From IMG/VR virus record IMGVR_UViG_3300037466_001599: a stretch of 43,984 nt of DNA; one strand, written 5' to 3'. The DNA comes from a virus. Below are positions 21,343 through 30,245 of this stretch, piece after piece. The first letter of the stretch is position 1, and every line of letters starts with the position of its first letter. The notes beneath the pieces are model-generated. The model made no database searches, was not told the DNA's origin, and was given only the letters and a program-made list of their open reading frames with translations. The position numbers were made by a program, and so were the translations under genes.

Positions 21343-23508
21343 TTGGCGAAGGCGACCTATCCGGTTCCCGATGGCTACGACGATTGGGACGCGTTCCTGC
21401 TGGAGGCCCGAGAGCGCTGGCAGCAGGACATCGACTATGACCGCGAGAACCGCGAGGCGGCGCAGGAGGATCTGAAGTTCTTCGCTGGCGAGCAATGGGA
21501 CGACGCCGACATCAAGGCGCGCACCGGCCTGCCGTGCCTGACGATCAACACCCTGCCGCAGTTCGTGGCCCAGGTGGTGGGCGACATCCGCATCAATCGC
21601 CCGGCGATCAAGGCCCGGCCTGCGGAGGACGCTGACCAGGACCTGGCCGACGTCCGCGAAGGCCTGATCCGCGCCATCGAGCACGACAGCAAGGCCCAGC
21701 AGGTCTATTCGGCCGCCGGCCAGTCGCAGGTCGCCTGCGGGATCGGCAACTTCCGCGTGGCGCTGGAGTACGCCGCCGCCGACGTGTTCAACCGCGACAT
21801 CCGCATCAAGTCGATTCCCAACCCTTTCGCCGTCGTCTGGGATTGCCAGCTCACCGAGCCGACCGGGCGCGATGCGGGGCATTGCTTCGTGGCCGACCTC
21901 GTGCCGCGCAAGGTGTTCGAGCAGCGCTATCCCGACAAGGCGCCATCAGACCTCGGCGCCGACCTGACCGACACGCTGGTGCGCACGCAGTGGATCAACG
22001 CCGACGTGGTGCGCGTCACCGAGTATTGGGTGATGAAGGACAAGCCGGCCGAGATCGCGATGCTGCAAGACGGCCGCGTGATCGAGCTGCAGCCCGACAC
22101 CCGCGAGCATTACCTGCCGATGGTGGTGCGCAATGCGTCGGGCGCGCCGATGGTGCGCAAGACCAGCAAGCGCGTCGCCTGCATGTACCTGATCACCGGC
22201 CATGACATCCTTGAGGAGCCGGTCGAGTACCCCATCAGCCGCATCCCGATCTTCCGGGTGCCGGGCTGGGAGGTGAACACCGGCGAGAAGACGGTTCGCT
22301 TCGGCCTGGTCCGCATGGCCCGGGACAGCCAGCGGCTGAAGAACTACTGGCGCTCTGTCGCGGCCGAGAAGCTGGCGCTGGCGCCGCGGCAACAATGGCT
22401 GATCAAGAAGACCCAGACCGGCGACAACGAGGACTTCCGCGACTCGGCCAACAACGGCGACACGGTGCTCGAATGGTCGGGACCGGAGAAGCCCGAGCGG
22501 CTTGACCCGCCGCCGGTCGAAGCGGCGCTGTTGCAGGAAGCCGCGCTCAACGCGCAGGACATGAAGGACGTGACGGGGCTGCATGACGCCAGCCTCGGGG
22601 CCAAGAGCAACGAGACGAGCGGCAAGGCGATCCTGGCCCGCCAGCGGGAAGGGGACGTCGCCTCCTACATCTACCACGACAACCTGAAAGCCGCGATCGC
22701 CGAGGGCGGCGAGGTGATCAACCAGCTGATCCCGATCACCTATGACACCTTGCGCACCATCCGGGTCCTGGGTGAAGACGAGACGCAGAAGGTCATGAAG
22801 GTCAATGACCCGAACGACCCGGAAAGCATCGACCTCGCCAAGGGCCGCTACGATATCGTGGTGGAGACCGGCCCCAGCTTCTCGACCAAGCGCGTCGAGG
22901 CCGCCGAGAGCATGCTGGAGTTCATCCAGGCCGTGCCGAACGCGGGCGCCGTGGCCGGCGACCTGATCGCCAAGGCTCAGGATTGGCCGATGGCGGATGA
23001 GATCGCGGAACGGCTGAAGAAGGCCTTGCCGCCCGGGTTCGCCGACGAAGACGACCCTGACAAGATGTCGCCCGAGCAGCAGCAGGCGAAGCAGCAGCAG
23101 GCCGAGATGGCCCAGCAGCAGCAGGCCTACCAGCAGGCGGGCATCGAGCTTGAACTGGCCGAGAAGCAGGCGAAGGTCCAGCTCAGCCATGCGCAGGCGG
23201 CGAAGATGATGGCAGAGGCGCAGAACGTCGGCGCACCCACCGGCACGCCGGAAAGCGACCTCGATGTGGCGTTGAAGCTGGCGCAGATCCGCAAGGCCGA
23301 AGCCGATGCGGTGAAGGCCGAGGCCGACGCCATGAAGGCGCAGGCGGAAGCCAGGCGCGCGGAGATCGGTATCACCGCCGACCACATCGACGTGCAGTCC
23401 GCGGCGATGGACCTGCAAGCCAAGCCCGCCGAACAGGCGCTGGCGCAGGCAACGACCGTGAAGGCGCTCAAGGAGCCGCCGAAGGTCCCGGCGAAGCCTA
23501 AGGGCTAG
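21343..23508 (+). CDS. portal protein, P22-type with long C-terminal helical barrel
   Basis: NREAAQEDLKFFAGEQW...LPCLTINTLPQFVAQVVGDIRINRPAIK. 721 aa. The Gln/Ala/Glu-rich helical C-terminus resembles the P22 gp1 barrel. TTG start after GGGGAGG. Confidence 0.9.
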   Translation: MAKATYPVPDGYDDWDAFLLEARERWQQDIDYDRENREAAQEDLKFFAGEQWDDADIKARTGLPCLTINTLPQFVAQVVGDIRINRPAIKARPAEDADQDLADVREGLIRAIEHDSKAQQVYSAAGQSQVACGIGNFRVALEYAAADVFNRDIRIKSIPNPFAVVWDCQLTEPTGRDAGHCFVADLVPRKVFEQRYPDKAPSDLGADLTDTLVRTQWINADVVRVTEYWVMKDKPAEIAMLQDGRVIELQPDTREHYLPMVVRNASGAPMVRKTSKRVACMYLITGHDILEEPVEYPISRIPIFRVPGWEVNTGEKTVRFGLVRMARDSQRLKNYWRSVAAEKLALAPRQQWLIKKTQTGDNEDFRDSANNGDTVLEWSGPEKPERLDPPPVEAALLQEAALNAQDMKDVTGLHDASLGAKSNETSGKAILARQREGDVASYIYHDNLKAAIAEGGEVINQLIPITYDTLRTIRVLGEDETQKVMKVNDPNDPESIDLAKGRYDIVVETGPSFSTKRVEAAESMLEFIQAVPNAGAVAGDLIAKAQDWPMADEIAERLKKALPPGFADEDDPDKMSPEQQQAKQQQAEMAQQQQAYQQAGIELELAEKQAKVQLSHAQAAKMMAEAQNVGAPTGTPESDLDVALKLAQIRKAEADAVKAEADAMKAQAEARRAEIGITADHIDVQSAAMDLQAKPAEQALAQATTVKALKEPPKVPAKPKG

Positions 23509-23693
23509 AACTTGATCGGCTTGGCGTAAGTGCCAGCCAAGCGCCAAGCATAAAGGATGCGGTCGGTGATCGAGCGCGGCCAGTGGTCGCCCATCGTGAA
23601 GATCACGTCCTGCCACCAGAGCTTAGCCATCTCTGGGTCTGGCGGCGGTTCAAGCCCTAGCCGGGCGACATATTGCTCAGGCGTCTCAACCAT
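23505..23693 (-). CDS. antisense small protein (62 aa) between portal and scaffold genes
   Basis: MVETPEQYVARLGLEPPPDPEMAKLWWQDVIFTMGDHWPRSITDRILYAWRLAGTYAKPIKF is protein-like with fairly high GC3. The rest of ORF 23505..24125 is shadow. Confidence 0.45.
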   Translation of the reverse strand: MVETPEQYVARLGLEPPPDPEMAKLWWQDVIFTMGDHWPRSITDRILYAWRLAGTYAKPIKF

Positions 23694-23771
23694 TCGCCGA
23701 GCATAGCACAATTCGCGCAGGGGTCTCGCTCCGCCCCTGGGTCCGCGCCAAGGAGCCTCGCGAAAGCGCAC

Positions 23772-24626
23772 ATGGACATCGACAACCAAGGCGCACCGGA
23801 AGGTGTGACCGAAGACACCGCCGCTGCCGCACTGGAAGCGACGGAGACCGACGAGACCCTTGCTCAGGGTGACGAGCAGTCCGGCGACGATGCAGCCGCC
23901 GCGACCGACGAACCGCAGGAGGGCCAACAGCCCAAGCGCCGCCAATCGGTCCAAGAACGCATCGACGAGAAGACCCGCCTTCAAAAGGAAGCCGAGCGCC
24001 GCGCCGAACAGGCCGAGCGCGACCGGGAGTACTGGCGAGAGCAGGCTCTTCGCAACCAGCAAGCCCCCTCGCGCCAGGATCAACAGGCCGAGGAGGCGGA
24101 GCCGAACCCGGAAGACTATGAGCACGGCACGCTAGATGTCCGCTTCATCACGGACCTCGCCACGTTCCGAGCCAACAAGGCATTCGAGGCTAGGCGTGCG
24201 GCCGAGGACCGAGATCGTGAGCGCTACTCGCGTGTCTCGGCGTTCAACCAAGCCGCCGAGGCGCTCGCGGAGAAAACTCCCGACTTCTATGAGGTCGTGG
24301 GCGAAGACTTCGGGCGCGTCGCCAGGGTTTGCACACAAGTCATGACCGATGCGCTCCTGTCCAGTGAGGCAGGACCGCAGCTCGGCTACCATCTCGCCAA
24401 GAACCCGTCTGAGGCGCGCCGCATCGCGGCTCTCCCTCCCCTCGCTCAGGCGATGGCCATCGGCGAACTCAAGCAGAAGCTGGCCTCGCCGCCGGCTCCG
24501 ACCCCGAAAACCGCCACCGACGCCCCGGCTCCGACGCCGCAGGTTCGAGGTGCCGGAGGCCGCTTCACCGTGGCCCCCGACACCGACGACTTCGCGGCGT
24601 TCGAGAAGCAGTACGGCAAGGCGTAG
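23772..24626 (+). CDS. scaffolding protein
   Basis: Acidic/helical, low-complexity, between portal and coat. ATG 23772 (MDIDNQG). Confidence 0.7.
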   Translation: MDIDNQGAPEGVTEDTAAAALEATETDETLAQGDEQSGDDAAAATDEPQEGQQPKRRQSVQERIDEKTRLQKEAERRAEQAERDREYWREQALRNQQAPSRQDQQAEEAEPNPEDYEHGTLDVRFITDLATFRANKAFEARRAAEDRDRERYSRVSAFNQAAEALAEKTPDFYEVVGEDFGRVARVCTQVMTDALLSSEAGPQLGYHLAKNPSEARRIAALPPLAQAMAIGELKQKLASPPAPTPKTATDAPAPTPQVRGAGGRFTVAPDTDDFAAFEKQYGKA

Positions 24627-24658
24627 GCGGCCCTCTCTCCTGAAAGGACCGGCCCGAA

Positions 24659-25942
24659 ATGGCCAACGCCATCCTCTCCCCGAAGGTGTATGCCAACACC
24701 TTCCTGAAGCTCCTGAAGAACAGCGTCGTTCTTCCCAAGCTGGTGGCCTCGGAATACCGCGACATCGTGGTCTCGCCGATCAGCAACACCGGCCAGAAGA
24801 ACGGCCGCACGGTCTACATCAAGCGCCCGCCCATGTTCACCGTCCGCGACGGCGCCGTGGCGAGCGTGCAGGACGTGACCGAAGGCGAAATCGCCGTGAC
24901 GATCGACAAGCAGAAGGGCGTCGATGTCGAGTTCACCTCCATGGAGGAGACCCTCGATGTCGACCGGCTGCTGAAGTCGAAGGTCATGCAGGCCAAGGCC
25001 TCGGCGCTCGCCAATCAGATCGACATGGATCTGCACGCCGAGACCAAGAAGTTCTACTCCTGGGTCGGCACGCCTGGCCAGGACATCAACTCCTACGCCG
25101 ACCTCACCAAGGGGCCGCAGCGTCTGGACGAGATGGCCGTGGAGCAGGACGGCCGCATCGGCCTGCTGCATCCCTCGGACGCCTGGGCCATGCTGGGCTC
25201 CCTGTCGGGCCTGACCGCCCAGACCAAGGAAGCCACCGACGCCCTGACCCGCGCCAAGCTGCCGATGCTCGGCAACATCGACTGGTACTCGACCCAGAAC
25301 GCCGGCACGGTCACGACCGGCACGCGCGACGGCAACGCCCTCGTGGACGGCGCCAGCCAGAACGTCACCTACGCCTCGGTGAAGGACGGCAACTGGACCC
25401 AGACGCTGAACATCGACAACGTCGGCAACGCCAAGACGGTGACCGCGGGCGAGGTGTTCACGATCGCCGACGTCTACGCGATCAACCCGCTGACCAAGGT
25501 GGCGCTGCCGTATCTTCAGCAGTTCACCGTGATCACGGGCGGGACTTCGGTGGCTACTGCGACCGGGGACAACCAGGATCTGGCGCTCACCATCAGCCCT
25601 CCGATCATCACCTCTGGCGCGTTCCAGACGGTCTCGGCGGCGCCGGCTGACAACGCCGCGATCCAGTGGATGGGCTCGGACACCGAGACGGACACGGACG
25701 CCACGACCTACAAGTACGGCACGATCTTCCGGCCCGAAGCGCTCGCGCTCGTGTCGGCTAAGCTGATCACGCCGTACTCGGGCGAGGCGGACTTCGCGAC
25801 CGACCCGGAAACCGGCCTGACCGTCCGCTACTGGCGGACCTCGGACGGCACGAACGACACGCACCTGCACCGCTTCGACGTGGTGTACGGCGTGAAGAAC
25901 GTGGACCCCCGCCGCGGCACCCGCATCAGCGGCACGGCCTGA
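24659..25942 (+). CDS. major capsid (coat) protein, P22 gp5-like
   Basis: 427 aa, position after the scaffold, N-terminus MANAILSPKVYANTFLKLLKNSVVLPKLV typical of this coat family. Followed by a terminator. Confidence 0.85.
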   Translation: MANAILSPKVYANTFLKLLKNSVVLPKLVASEYRDIVVSPISNTGQKNGRTVYIKRPPMFTVRDGAVASVQDVTEGEIAVTIDKQKGVDVEFTSMEETLDVDRLLKSKVMQAKASALANQIDMDLHAETKKFYSWVGTPGQDINSYADLTKGPQRLDEMAVEQDGRIGLLHPSDAWAMLGSLSGLTAQTKEATDALTRAKLPMLGNIDWYSTQNAGTVTTGTRDGNALVDGASQNVTYASVKDGNWTQTLNIDNVGNAKTVTAGEVFTIADVYAINPLTKVALPYLQQFTVITGGTSVATATGDNQDLALTISPPIITSGAFQTVSAAPADNAAIQWMGSDTETDTDATTYKYGTIFRPEALALVSAKLITPYSGEADFATDPETGLTVRYWRTSDGTNDTHLHRFDVVYGVKNVDPRRGTRISGTA

Positions 25943-25959
25943 CCCCTCCCTCCCCAACT

Positions 25960-25992
25960 GGCCGGGCCTTGACGGGTCCGGCCGTCTCTTTT
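25960..25992 (+). terminator. rho-independent terminator after the coat gene
   Basis: GGCCGGGCC-ttgacg-GGTCCGGCC stem (9 bp including one G-T pair) followed by gtctctttt. Confidence 0.55.
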
Positions 25993-26009
25993 CCTGAAAG
26001 GAGCAGCAC

Positions 26010-26246
26010 ATGGCTGCTGAAGTCCTGGGGCGTGACCCCGCGGCCGGCACCAAGCTCGGCCAAGCCACCTCGCACAAGATCGGCTTCTACGGCACTACGG
26101 CGATCAGCCAGCGCGCCGGCGCCGCCCAGGCCACCTCGCTCGTGGGCACCGCCTCCTCGGCGGATGTCACCACGGACCAGAAGGCAGCGCTGATCGAGGT
26201 GATGAACACCTTGCAGGCGCTGGGCCTCTGGAAGGGCTCGGCGTAA
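26010..26246 (+). CDS. hypothetical small virion-module protein (78 aa)
   Basis: ORF track. AAGGAG before the ATG. Confidence 0.6.
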   Translation: MAAEVLGRDPAAGTKLGQATSHKIGFYGTTAISQRAGAAQATSLVGTASSADVTTDQKAALIEVMNTLQALGLWKGSA

Positions 26247-26249
26247 CCC

Positions 26250-26753
26250 ATGCCGACGCTGCTCCACGCCGGATGCGGTGACACGCCGCGCCCGGCGTGG
26301 GCGGTCGGCTTCGATGAGGTGCGGCTGGATATCGACCGCCGCTGCAACCCCGACATCGTCGCCAACATCACCAGCCTGGGCGACATCGGGCCGTTCGACG
26401 CCCTCTATTCGAGCCACTGCCTCGAACACCTCTATCCGCATCAGGTCCCGGTCGCGCTCGCCGAGTTCCTGCGCGTGCTGAAGCCGGGCGGCAAGGCGCT
26501 GATCATCGTCCCTGACCTGGAGGACGTGCGGCCCACGGAGGAGGCGCTGTATCTCTCCGAGGCGGGTTGGATCTGCGGCCTCGACATGTACTACGGCAAG
26601 GCCTCGTTGGTCGCCGAAAACCCGTTCATGGCCCACCATTGCGGGTTCGTGGCCGAAACCCTGCGCGAGACGATGGAAGCCGCCGGCTTCATCGACTGCG
26701 TCGTGATGCGCGAGCCGGGCTTCAATCTCGTGGCGGTGGGCGCGCGGCCTTGA
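26250..26753 (+). CDS. class I SAM-dependent methyltransferase (substrate unknown)
   Basis: LHAGCGDTP (motif I-like), FDALYSSHCLEHL, LKPGGKALIIVP (Methyltransf_11-like post-I/II motifs). Confidence 0.75.
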   Translation: MPTLLHAGCGDTPRPAWAVGFDEVRLDIDRRCNPDIVANITSLGDIGPFDALYSSHCLEHLYPHQVPVALAEFLRVLKPGGKALIIVPDLEDVRPTEEALYLSEAGWICGLDMYYGKASLVAENPFMAHHCGFVAETLRETMEAAGFIDCVVMREPGFNLVAVGARP

Positions 26754-27439
26754 AGGTCGTCTTCTGCTGCCCGACCATCACGCGGCCCTATGACGCCTTC
26801 CTGGGGGCGATGGAAGCCAGCGTTCCGGCGCTGGATGCGGCTGGGATCGAACACAGCATCACCTTCGAGGTTGGCTCGGCCTACATCAGCCACGCCCGCG
26901 CCACGATGCTCCGCAAGGCGATGGACACCCAGCCCGACGCGGTTGTGTTCCTCGACCACGACCTGAGCTGGCGGCCCGAGGATCTGGTCAGGCTGATCGA
27001 GACGCCTGGCGAAGTCGTCGCCGGGACCTACCGCTTCAAGCAGGAGCCGGAAGAGTACATGGGGACCTGGCGCACCGACGCACAGGGCTACCCCGTCACC
27101 CGCGACGACGGCTGCATCCACGCCGAGTGGGTTCCGGCCGGCTTCCTCAAGATCACCGATGGCTGCCTTCACCAGATGATGGAGGCTTACCCGGAACTGA
27201 ACTACGGGCCGAAGTACCGGCCCAGCCACGACCTGTTCAACCACGGCGCCCACAAGGGCGTCTGGTACGGCGAGGACTACGCCTTTTCCCGTCGCTGGAA
27301 CGACCGCGGCGGGGAAATCTGGCTCATCCCCGACCTTGAGCTGACGCACCACGGCGCGGACGGCACGGCGTACCCCGGAAACCTGCACACCTACCTGCGC
27401 CGGCAGCCCGGCGGCGATCTCGCAGAGGCCGCTGAATGA
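26750..27439 (+). CDS. GT-A fold (family 2-like) glycosyltransferase
   Basis: VVFCCPTITRPY...ARATMLRKAM...DAVVFLDHDLSW (DxD)...EDYAFSRRW. TTG 26750 overlaps the upstream stop (TTGA). Confidence 0.65.
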   Translation: MKVVFCCPTITRPYDAFLGAMEASVPALDAAGIEHSITFEVGSAYISHARATMLRKAMDTQPDAVVFLDHDLSWRPEDLVRLIETPGEVVAGTYRFKQEPEEYMGTWRTDAQGYPVTRDDGCIHAEWVPAGFLKITDGCLHQMMEAYPELNYGPKYRPSHDLFNHGAHKGVWYGEDYAFSRRWNDRGGEIWLIPDLELTHHGADGTAYPGNLHTYLRRQPGGDLAEAAE

Positions 27440-28047
27440 GAACGCTCCGCAACATGATCAACCGCTCGCTGCGCCTCGCGGGCGGCAACGTCACCGAAGG
27501 CACGCCCGCGGCGAACGACTACGAGGCCAGCGTCGGCAAGGAGTCGGCCTGGGCGATGTACGCCGGGTTCATATCGCAAGGGATGTTCGGCCCGGTCGAA
27601 GACGTGCTGGTCGAGGCCGACTACACCGCCGAAGAGAACCAGCGGATCGTCAATATCTCCGACGCCGACGTGACGATCACGCTCCCGGCGACGATCACCG
27701 AGACGGTGGCGGGGAACGAGATCACCCGCCCCCCGGAAGACCGCGCGTTCGTGCTGGTCGCGGGGCCGGACCCGTTCATCTACATCTACGATGCCGATCA
27801 GGCCGATTGGGTCAGCATCTACGACCTGACGCTCGACAGCAACGCGCCGCTCTCGCAGCGTTACTACGGCGACCTCTGCACGCTGCTCGCCTACCAGCTT
27901 TGCAGCGATCTCCACCTCCCGCCGCCGGTCACGCTGATCCCGTACATCGAGCCGGCCCGTGCTGCGCTGCGCTCCAAGCGCCCGCGCCGCCAGGGGGCGG
28001 CTACGGCGGTCCTGCGCGGCCTCGCGCGACCCGGAAGGCTGTGCTGA
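27436..28047 (+). CDS. hypothetical virion protein (203 aa; occupies the gp4/head-completion position)
   Basis: Position and coupling only. Confidence 0.55.
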   Translation: MRTLRNMINRSLRLAGGNVTEGTPAANDYEASVGKESAWAMYAGFISQGMFGPVEDVLVEADYTAEENQRIVNISDADVTITLPATITETVAGNEITRPPEDRAFVLVAGPDPFIYIYDADQADWVSIYDLTLDSNAPLSQRYYGDLCTLLAYQLCSDLHLPPPVTLIPYIEPARAALRSKRPRRQGAATAVLRGLARPGRLC

Positions 28048-30245
28048 TGCCGGCTCGCACCGTCACTGCGAAGCCCGTGGGGGATAAGCCCGTGCGCGGA
28101 CCCAAGAAGAACCGGCCGCCGACGTCCGTCGACTCGACGCCTGACGCCTTCCTGTTCACGGCCAGGGCCGCCGCGGAGCTCTCCACCGCCTACGACTCCA
28201 ACACCATCACCGTTGCGGGGATCAACACCTCGGTCGCGGTCAGCGTCGCGGGCGGCCAGTACAGCAAGAACGGCGGGGCCTGGTCCTCGGCGGCCACCAC
28301 GGCGGTCCTGGGCGACACGTTCCAACTGCGCGTGACGTCCTCGGCGAGCTACTTCACCTCTGTCGTGGCGTCCCTGACCATCGGCGGGATCACCGGCCTG
28401 TTCGAGGTGGTGACGAAGGCGTTGCCGGCGCCCGATGTGACGCCCGACGCCTTCTCCTTCACGGCCGTCACCGATGCGACCCGATCGACGCAGTACACGT
28501 CGGGCAGCATCACGGTCGCCGGGATCACCGCAGGCGTCGAGGTCGCGGTGACGGTGGACGGCGGGACCTATGCGAAGAACGCGGGCTCCTACACGTCGCT
28601 CCCCGGTGTCGCCGTGCTGGGCGACACATTCACTGTTCGTCTGACCTCCTCCGGCGCCTATCAGACCGCGGCCTCGGCCCGCCTGACCATCGGCGGGGTG
28701 TCGGCGCTCTTTTCCGTCACCACGGAAGACGCCCCGGTAGCGCCGCCCACCGACGAGATCCTGGTCGGCTTCAAAACCCGCTGCGGCTACGGCGGCTATG
28801 CGATGAACTTGCCCCCCGGATCGACCATCACCGGCACCGATGCCGACAAGGTCTCGATCAACGCTTATGGCGAGCTGGTCCCGGCCGGGGTCTATGGCGC
28901 GGCCATGAATTGGGGAACGTGGGCCGCGGGTCAAAGCCGGTCGCTCACCTTCGCGGACGGCACGACGCGGACAGTTACCCTCGTTGCGAACACCGCCCAT
29001 GTGCGCGGCGATCCCCGCGATACGCAGTCGTCCAACCAGCTCACCACGGCGATCCGGCTTGCGGCCCGGGGCGACGACATCATCGGCCGCGACAGCCACT
29101 TCAACCCGAACGGCCTGGGCGGCGCGAGCCTGTGGCGCCAATCGGCCCCCACGGCGACGGGCTGGGCGGGCTCGGGGACGATCACGGTCAAGTCGGAGAA
29201 CCCCGACACCTCCACCGACGCCAACGGCAACCTCGTGAGGGGCGGGGGCTTCAAGATCGGCGCGATCACCATGAACGCGTCGTCGGACCTCGAATTTCCG
29301 ATCACCTTCGAGGACGTCACCTTCTACTCCAACTACAACGTCGCCGGCCGGGCGATCTTCCTGGGCTACTCGTCCGTAACGGTCGGATGGGGTGTCAACG
29401 CCACCCGCTGCCGCTTCGAGACCGGCCCCGACGTCGATGCCGTCAATTGGGAGAACGGCTTCAACAACCAGGGCGGCGCGGCGGTCGACTGCTACTTCAA
29501 GCGCTGCGAAGCCGGGGTGAACAGCGGCCGATCGGTCGGCGACGTGCAGACCAAGGTGTCGGGCTGCGTCTTCGAGGCGATCCAGACCGATGCCGTCCAC
29601 CTGACCGGCGAGAACTTCCTCGTCGAGGACAACTTCGGCTTCAACTGGGAAGTGCCGACCGGGGCGCACGCCGATGGCTTCCAGCACGGCGGCGCCAAGG
29701 TCAGGAACATCGCGGCGCTGGGAACCTGGCGGCGCAATATCTGGGTCCTGAACTCGGCCTCGTCCGGCCCGCAGGGCGATTTCTTCGGCGACACGGTGCA
29801 GCCCTATCGGGTCGCCGGCTGCACCGTGGAGAACGAGATCATCATCACCGGGGCCGCGAACGCCGTCTCGATGACCTACTACGACGGCGCGCTCGTGCGG
29901 AACTGCACGGTGCTGAAGCCCATCGGCTCGGCCGTGGTGGGGGCAACCGACGCCACAATCCGCATGGTGAGTTGCGGAACCTCCACCGTCGATAGCTGCG
30001 TGGCCAACGCCTACGCGCTGGGCGGCATGACCTCGACGGACAACGTGACCATCGATGACACGATGAGCGCCTACCAGACGGCGATGCCGGGGTATGTGGG
30101 CGGAACCGATCCGGGGTTCACGTCCCGGGCTGCGGTGATCGCTGCGGTGAAGCCCGCGAACCTCGCCGTCGCCTCGGGCGGGTTCAAGAAGCTCGACGGG
30201 ACCTATGCGGGGGCGCTCGACAATACCGGCGCCTACGTCACCTGA
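28047..30245 (+). CDS. tailspike-like protein: two tandem ~93-aa beta-sandwich-like repeats plus a right-handed beta-helix-like C-terminal region
   Basis: ATG 28047 (TGATG coupling). The repeats TPDAF.FTA...ITVAGI...LGDTF.(L/V)R.TSS..Y...LTIGG...F.V.T cover about 28137-28718. The C-terminal half has repetitive Asn/Gly/Val-rich rungs (CYFKRCEAGVNSG, VSGCVFEAIQTDAVHL). Confidence 0.65.
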   Translation: MPARTVTAKPVGDKPVRGPKKNRPPTSVDSTPDAFLFTARAAAELSTAYDSNTITVAGINTSVAVSVAGGQYSKNGGAWSSAATTAVLGDTFQLRVTSSASYFTSVVASLTIGGITGLFEVVTKALPAPDVTPDAFSFTAVTDATRSTQYTSGSITVAGITAGVEVAVTVDGGTYAKNAGSYTSLPGVAVLGDTFTVRLTSSGAYQTAASARLTIGGVSALFSVTTEDAPVAPPTDEILVGFKTRCGYGGYAMNLPPGSTITGTDADKVSINAYGELVPAGVYGAAMNWGTWAAGQSRSLTFADGTTRTVTLVANTAHVRGDPRDTQSSNQLTTAIRLAARGDDIIGRDSHFNPNGLGGASLWRQSAPTATGWAGSGTITVKSENPDTSTDANGNLVRGGGFKIGAITMNASSDLEFPITFEDVTFYSNYNVAGRAIFLGYSSVTVGWGVNATRCRFETGPDVDAVNWENGFNNQGGAAVDCYFKRCEAGVNSGRSVGDVQTKVSGCVFEAIQTDAVHLTGENFLVEDNFGFNWEVPTGAHADGFQHGGAKVRNIAALGTWRRNIWVLNSASSGPQGDFFGDTVQPYRVAGCTVENEIIITGAANAVSMTYYDGALVRNCTVLKPIGSAVVGATDATIRMVSCGTSTVDSCVANAYALGGMTSTDNVTIDDTMSAYQTAMPGYVGGTDPGFTSRAAVIAAVKPANLAVASGGFKKLDGTYAGALDNTGAYVT

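Noticed and set aside
21946-23616. 556-aa minus-strand ORF antisense to the portal gene. There are similar giants at 27891..30284 (797 aa), 24446..26077 (543 aa) and 20145..21233 (362 aa).
   Set aside because: They are Arg/Gly/Pro/Ala/His-rich with no recognisable motifs. They lie exactly opposite proteins with clear family signatures. Long stop-free antisense frames are expected in GC-rich DNA.
24637-26009. TCCTGAAAGGA upstream of both the coat gene (about 24637) and the next gene (about 25993), as a possible shared regulatory hairpin
   Set aside because: It is only 11 nt, and it contains the AAGGA Shine-Dalgarno itself. The similarity is most simply explained by strong ribosome-binding sites.
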